Shown here piece by piece: positions 5,494 through 11,576 of a stretch of 11,576 nucleotides of DNA. The stretch comes from Myxococcota bacterium. Its GTDB lineage: Bacteria > Myxococcota_A > Polyangia > Polyangiales > Sandaracinaceae. Positions within the stretch are counted from its first letter, which is position 1; each line of letters opens with the position of its first letter. A program made the translations under genes and the position numbers. Location of the stretch: assembly GCA_036149055.1 (NCBI GenBank), contig JAYZQJ010000066.1, positions 1 through 11,576 of the forward strand. The letters are read 5' to 3'. Under the pieces are notes generated by a model. That model had not been told where the DNA came from, made no database searches, and saw only the letters and a list, made by a program, of their open reading frames with translations.

Positions 5494-7893
5494 CTACGGA
5501 CCGCACAGCCCGTTCCGGGTCAGGTCCATCTCGGGACGCAACACCCGGACGTCGTTGGTGCTGGTCGAAGCAGCGACGATCCCGAGATTGAGCTCGTCGC
5601 CGGGGGCGATGGTCATGCCGCAAGCGCGGCTCCCCCCCAGCGCGTTCCGACAGAACACGCCGGTCCCCGGGGGGCCGATCACCCCCACCTCGGTCTCGTC
5701 GGGCGCCGTGCGTGGGTCGTCGGGGATGATCTCGATCCAGATGGACTGCGTGGCCCACGTACCCATGGGGCCGTCCTGGTCTCCCGGGATGTCGGCGTCC
5801 TCGTCGATGACCACCGGCTCCGCACCGGGCCGGAGCGCCTTGAGCCAGAGCTGATCGGCGGCGAAGAAGGCGCAGATCCCCGAGCAAGGATACGTCGTGC
5901 TCGTGAAGTGCCAGCTCACCGCCAGCCCCGTCGTACGCGGCAGCGCGGTGAACGAAGAGCCCACAAACGAGGTTGCCGACTCTGGGAGGACGACGAGCGA
6001 CCAGTTCCCGTCGAGCCCGCCACTGCAGAAGGCCCCACCGCAGCTGTACGTGCGCGTCGCGTATGTGTCCACGGTGGCTCGGACGTACGTCGGCCCATAG
6101 CCCATGACGGCGCGCGACGGCATGTAGAGTCCGCCGCGGTCGGACGCGCTGGAGACCACGCTCCACTGGGCCGTGACCGCTGTGTATCCGGCGTCTCCGT
6201 AGGGCCTCCAGCCAGTCGTGACCGTGGAGTTGCTGCTCGAGCCGGCGAAGGGAATCTCGTCACCGAGCCCCATGCCGCTGTCGTCGCAGTAGTCGCAGGT
6301 CGCGGCGCTCTCGGACGCGTAGAAGTCGGCGTCGGTCCAGGTGCAGCTCGCCGAGCAGCGGCGGCTGCCCGGGTTGCCGCAGGCGGTGGTGCCGCTGGCG
6401 GTCGTGCTCTGGACGCAGTCGAAGTCCTCGTCGGTGCGGGCGTCGCAGTCGTCGTCGCCCCCGTCGCAGGTCTCGACGCGCGGGCCGGTGCCGGAGCACG
6501 GGCCCCAGGTGCCGGCGGCGGTGCAGGTCTGGCTGCCGCGGGAGCAGCGGCCGACGTCGGTCCCGCAGGCCTGCGTGTCGCCGAGGCTGCAACCGCAGCC
6601 GCCCGGCACGTCGTCGACCCCGCCGCGGCAGTCGTTGTCGACCATGTCGCAGATCTCGGTGGCCATCGGGTGAATGGCCGCGTCGCCGTCGTCGCAGTCC
6701 TGGTCGTTGTCCACGTAGGACGAGCCCTCGTCGCCGGGACAGAAGTCCATGCGCATGGTGGGGTCGCCGTAGCCGTCGCGGTCCGCGTCGCGGTAGTACG
6801 GGAGCCGGCCGTCCTCGTCGGTGGTCCCGTCGCAGTCCTCGTCCCCGTTGCCGCACGGGTCGTACGGCGCGCCGCCCATCTGTCGCGGATACACCGCGCC
6901 CGGACACTCGGTCGGCCAGCGACCGGAGACGCAGCGCTGGCTGCTCCGGCGGCAGATGCCGACGCCGGCGAGCGCCATCGGAGGGCCGCAGTCCCGCTCG
7001 GCGCCGTCGGTGCACATGCAGCCGGTCGGCGGGTCGTCGACGGTGCCGCTGCAGTCGTCGTCGACCCCGTTGCACTCGTCGGCCGCGCCGGGATGGACGG
7101 CCCCGTTCCGGTCGTCACAGTCGGAGCCCTGGAGCACCCAGCCGGTCGGCGCGGTGCACTCCATCATCGTCATCGAGGGGTCGCCGTAGTTGTCGCCGTC
7201 GACGTCCCGGTAGAACGTCTCGAGCACGCCCTCGTCGATGCGTGTGTCGCAGTCGTTGTCCCGGCCGTCGCAGGCCTCCACGCCCGAGGTGTTGATCGTC
7301 GCCCGGCCGTCGTCGCAGTCGGTGCCGCGGTTCTCGCCGCCCGAGTCGCGCAGGTTGAAGCACGCGACGTCGATGAAGCCGTCGCCGTCCCGGTCGCCGT
7401 CGCGCGCGGTCTCGTCGTGAATCGTCGTCGCGTCGCAGTCCTCGTCGACGCCCTCGGCGTCGCAGACCTCCTGGGCGGTGCCGTAGCGCCGCGGGTCCGC
7501 GTCGTCGCAGTCCGTGCCCCCGCAGGACGGACGCGGGTCGCCGTCGCCGTCCGCGTCGCCGTCCATCGACGGGCCGTCCGAGCAGACGTCCTCGCGGCAC
7601 ATCTCGGCGTCCTCTTCGCAGATCTCGCTCGCCGCGCAGGGAGCGCTCCCGGCCACGCAGCCGCTCGCGTCCGCGGCCGTGTCCCCGGGGGCGCAGCGCT
7701 CGACGCCGGTGCAGTACAGGCCGTCGTCGCAGTCTCGATCTCGCTCACACACCGGGCCGGCGTCCTCCGGGCCCACGTCGGGGAGCGCCACGCGTCCGTC
7801 CCCTGCTGCCGCGTCGGCCATCTCCGGGCCGCTGTCGTCACACGCCGCCAGCCACAGCAGGGCCAGGGCGCAGGTCCAAGCTCTCGTCTTCAT
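5494..7893 (-). CDS. Large lipoprotein with MopE-related putative metal-binding Cys/Asp repeats and a C-terminal beta-sandwich (L-type lectin-like) domain
   Basis: 799 aa from ATG 7893 with GGAGGAGG RBS; lipobox LAAC; about six full or partial DCDD...E.C.G.DnDCD...DE repeats (PF11617-like) and FYRDxDGDxYG linkers; the last ~255 aa are non-repetitive and beta-rich. Confidence 0.88.
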   Translation of the reverse strand: MKTRAWTCALALLWLAACDDSGPEMADAAAGDGRVALPDVGPEDAGPVCERDRDCDDGLYCTGVERCAPGDTAADASGCVAGSAPCAASEICEEDAEMCREDVCSDGPSMDGDADGDGDPRPSCGGTDCDDADPRRYGTAQEVCDAEGVDEDCDATTIHDETARDGDRDGDGFIDVACFNLRDSGGENRGTDCDDGRATINTSGVEACDGRDNDCDTRIDEGVLETFYRDVDGDNYGDPSMTMMECTAPTGWVLQGSDCDDRNGAVHPGAADECNGVDDDCSGTVDDPPTGCMCTDGAERDCGPPMALAGVGICRRSSQRCVSGRWPTECPGAVYPRQMGGAPYDPCGNGDEDCDGTTDEDGRLPYYRDADRDGYGDPTMRMDFCPGDEGSSYVDNDQDCDDGDAAIHPMATEICDMVDNDCRGGVDDVPGGCGCSLGDTQACGTDVGRCSRGSQTCTAAGTWGPCSGTGPRVETCDGGDDDCDARTDEDFDCVQSTTASGTTACGNPGSRRCSASCTWTDADFYASESAATCDYCDDSGMGLGDEIPFAGSSSNSTVTTGWRPYGDAGYTAVTAQWSVVSSASDRGGLYMPSRAVMGYGPTYVRATVDTYATRTYSCGGAFCSGGLDGNWSLVVLPESATSFVGSSFTALPRTTGLAVSWHFTSTTYPCSGICAFFAADQLWLKALRPGAEPVVIDEDADIPGDQDGPMGTWATQSIWIEIIPDDPRTAPDETEVGVIGPPGTGVFCRNALGGSRACGMTIAPGDELNLGIVAASTSTNDVRVLRPEMDLTRNGLCGP

Positions 7894-7969
7894 GTGTCCT
7901 CCTCCGCGGGATCGCCCCCGCGGGCCCCTCCATCGACGCACGCGCCCCCTGGTTGCGTGCGAGGCGGCG

Positions 7970-7997
7970 AATGTCGCATCTCGTGACGCAATGTCAA
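7970..7997 (-). promoter_or_regulatory. Possible sigma70 promoter for the MopE-repeat lipoprotein gene
   Basis: Minus strand reads TTGACA (7997-7992) - 16 nt - GACATT (7975-7970), with TG-N just before the -10. The -35 is perfect and the -10 is weak. Confidence 0.35.
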
Positions 7998-8053
7998 CCT
8001 CGAATGCAGTCCTCCCACACGACGGCGCTCGGGAGGCGTGCTATCGCACGAGG

Positions 8054-8710
8054 GTGGCCGCGCGAACCGTCATCGTCGGGGACATCCACGGGTGCGGAGA
8101 CGAGCTGCACGACCTGCTCGAGGAGGTCGGGCTCACCGCGGACGACGCGCTCATCAGCGCGGGCGACCTGCTGGGAAAGGGGCCCGACGGCGCCGGCGTC
8201 GTCCGGTTCTTCCGCGAGCATGGCCACCGCGCGGTCCTCGGGAACCACGACGCGAAGCTGCTCGCGTGGCGGCGCGGCGAGCGCACCCTGCGAGGGAGCC
8301 ACCGCGATCACGCCGAGGGGCTGGGGGACGAGGACTGGGCCTGGCTCGAGGCGCTGCCGCTCTGGCTGCGCCTCCCCGAGCACGGCGCCATCGTCGTGCA
8401 CGGCGGCATCGTGCCGGGGCGACCGGTCGAGTCGCACGACCCGAGCGTGCTGATGAACCTGCGCTCGCTGACGCCCGAGGGCCTGCCGAGCAAGCACGTC
8501 GAGGACGGCGAGCCCTGGGCCCAGCACTGGCGCGGGCCCGAGATCGTGGTCTTCGGGCACGACGCGCTCCGGGGGCTGCAGGTCCACGAGAAGGCGATCG
8601 GGCTCGACACCGGCTGCGTCTACGGCGGCGAGCTGACCGCGCTCGTGCTCCCGGAGGCGAAGATCGTGAGCGTCCCGGCGCGCGCGGCGTACGCTCCCAT
8701 CGAAGGCTGA
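8054..8710 (+). CDS. Calcineurin-like metallophosphoesterase of the PPP/ApaH-like family (Ap4A hydrolase, PrpE or polyphosphatase-like)
   Basis: Motifs GDIHG, GDLLGKG, GNHD, VHGG, FGH and LDTGCVYGG. GTG 8054 was chosen as start because homologous folds begin a few residues before GDIHG; ATG 7991 is an in-frame alternative. Confidence 0.9.
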   Translation: MAARTVIVGDIHGCGDELHDLLEEVGLTADDALISAGDLLGKGPDGAGVVRFFREHGHRAVLGNHDAKLLAWRRGERTLRGSHRDHAEGLGDEDWAWLEALPLWLRLPEHGAIVVHGGIVPGRPVESHDPSVLMNLRSLTPEGLPSKHVEDGEPWAQHWRGPEIVVFGHDALRGLQVHEKAIGLDTGCVYGGELTALVLPEAKIVSVPARAAYAPIEG

Positions 8711-9066
8711 TGGTGAAGCCCCAGACGCTCCGGCTCTGCCCCCGAGGCGACCTCGACCCGCGCGAGGTGCGGTGCGTGTCGCTCGAGCGCGACGAGCAGG
8801 GTCGCCCGCGGGAGGCGCTGGTGCTCCTCGACGAGCGTGGCGAGGTGCGCGCGTACCTCAACCGGTGCGAGCACCTCCCGATCCCGCTCGACGCCGGCTC
8901 CCGGGAGTTCCTCACCGAGGACGGCGCTCACCTGCGCTGCGGCACGCACGGCGCGCTCTTCCGCCGCGAGGACGGGCTCTGCGTGCTCGGCCCGTGCAAG
9001 GACGAGTCGCTGCTCGCGCTGCCGATCCGCATCGCCGCGGACGGCTGGGTCGAGCTGATCGAGTGA
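8710..9066 (+). CDS. Rieske [2Fe-2S] ferredoxin-like protein
   Basis: 118 aa; NRCEHL and CGTHGALF supply the CxH...CxxH ligands, followed by GxCxxGPC; start overlaps the upstream stop (TGATG, 8708-8712). Confidence 0.92.
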   Translation: MVKPQTLRLCPRGDLDPREVRCVSLERDEQGRPREALVLLDERGEVRAYLNRCEHLPIPLDAGSREFLTEDGAHLRCGTHGALFRREDGLCVLGPCKDESLLALPIRIAADGWVELIE

Positions 9067-9951
9067 CTACTCGGCGCTGACCGCTGCGTCGCCGCCGTCG
9101 ACCGAGGCGCCGTCGATCGAAGCCGGAGTCGAGAGCGGGCCGAGCTTGCACCACTCCTTGTCCTCGCTGTTCGTCAGCAGCTTGGGCCGCGCGGTGAGCA
9201 CCTCGACCCCGCTGCGGGTCACGGCGATGGTGTGCTCGAACTGCGCGCTGAGCTTCCGGTCCTTGGTCAGCACCGTCCAGTGGTCGCTGAGGATCTCGGT
9301 CGGCCAGTCGCCGACGTTCACCATCGGCTCGATGGTGAAGACCATGCCGCGGCGGAGGCGCTTGCCGGCCCGCGGGTCGTAGTAGTGCGGGATCTGCGGC
9401 GGCATGTGGAACTCGCGCCCCACCCCGTGACCGACGAACTCGCGCACGACCGAGAGCCCCTCGCCCTCGACGTAGTCCTGGATGGCCCGGCCGATGTCGC
9501 GGACCCGGGCGCCGTCCTTGACCGCCTGGATGCCGAGCTCGAGCGCCCACCGCGCCGTCTCGACCACGTGCTTGGCCTCGTCCGAGGGCTCGCCGATGTA
9601 GAACGTCGCGCTGGTGTCCCCGTGGAAGCCCTGCTCCTTCGGGTAGTACATCGTGACGTCGACGTTGATGATGTCGCCGTCCTTCAGCACCTGATCCTTG
9701 GTGGGGATCCCGTGGCACACGCACTCGTTGACCGAGGTGCAGACGCTCTTCGGGAACGGCGGGTTGCCGTAGTGCAGGGGCGACGGGTAGCCGTCGTGCT
9801 CGAGGATCCACTCGTGGACGAGGGTGTTGATCTCCTCGGTGTTCATCCCCGCGCGCAGGTGGTCGCCGACCATGGTCAGGCACTCGGCCGCCAGCCGGCA
9901 GGCTTTGCGCATGCGCTCCAGCATGCGGGGGTTCATGATCTCGACGCCCAA
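9067..9951 (-). CDS. map: Type I methionine aminopeptidase
   Basis: 294 aa; FPKSVCTSVNECVCHGIP, DGDIINVDVT, GDTS, GHGVG, FTIEPM and SAQFEHTI motifs with all five metal ligands present; TTG start preceded by GAGAGGAG. Confidence 0.96.
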   Translation of the reverse strand: MGVEIMNPRMLERMRKACRLAAECLTMVGDHLRAGMNTEEINTLVHEWILEHDGYPSPLHYGNPPFPKSVCTSVNECVCHGIPTKDQVLKDGDIINVDVTMYYPKEQGFHGDTSATFYIGEPSDEAKHVVETARWALELGIQAVKDGARVRDIGRAIQDYVEGEGLSVVREFVGHGVGREFHMPPQIPHYYDPRAGKRLRRGMVFTIEPMVNVGDWPTEILSDHWTVLTKDRKLSAQFEHTIAVTRSGVEVLTARPKLLTNSEDKEWCKLGPLSTPASIDGASVDGGDAAVSAE

Positions 9952-10040
9952 GGTGACTCCTCTCCCCGGGTCGTACCGCGCCCCGACCGGGCCCGCAACG
10001 CGGGGCGTGAGGCGGACGGCGAACGTGTGAGAAGCTCGAC

Positions 10041-11576
<1,536 letters not shown>

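Noticed and set aside
5494..6270. Diversity-generating retroelement target or polymorphic toxin tip
   Set aside because: No reverse transcriptase, no template/variable repeat pair, no toxin motif and no downstream immunity gene in the window; only the codon-usage anomaly is supported.
5908..7986. 692-aa + strand ORF
   Set aside because: Antisense mirror of the MopE-repeat lipoprotein; its Val/Ala richness reflects the Asp/Cys codons on the other strand.
7514..8053. N-terminal extension of the phosphoesterase ORF (398 aa in the track)
   Set aside because: Overlaps the opposite-strand lipoprotein gene and the divergent promoter region; recognisable homology starts near GTG 8054.
8038..8709. 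N-terminal extension of the Rieske ORF, or a phosphoesterase-Rieske fusion/frameshift
   Set aside because: The extension is an Arg-rich alternate frame of the phosphoesterase. Both proteins are complete and joined by a standard TGATG coupling.

Overview
High-GC window whose gene content suggests a myxobacterium (Polyangia/Sandaracinaceae-like; this is an inference from the Cys-rich lipoproteins and the Hanks-type kinase). Ten CDSs are supported: a Stig1-like Cys-repeat lipoprotein (-), a BCP/PrxQ peroxiredoxin (-), a secreted protein with two possible ExbD/TolR-like domains (+), an SDR with a Tyr->Phe catalytic substitution (+), a small Cys-rich lipoprotein (+), a MopE-motif repeat lipoprotein with a lectin-like C-terminus of different codon usage (-), an ApaH-like metallophosphoesterase translationally coupled to a Rieske ferredoxin (+), methionine aminopeptidase (-), and a membrane Ser/Thr kinase running off the right edge (+, absent from the ORF track). 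The most unusual non-coding signals are (i) a ~450-bp densely folded intergenic element (3441-3892) with seven same-strand GCGNAGC DNA mini-hairpin motifs, (ii) a perfect 55-bp double-hairpin tandem repeat at the left edge and (iii) a shared GTTGAC-N4-CGTCAC motif overlapping two predicted -35 boxes. No transposase, integrase, Cas, reverse transcriptase, tRNA or rRNA gene is evident, and no complete novel system can be demonstrated from this window alone.
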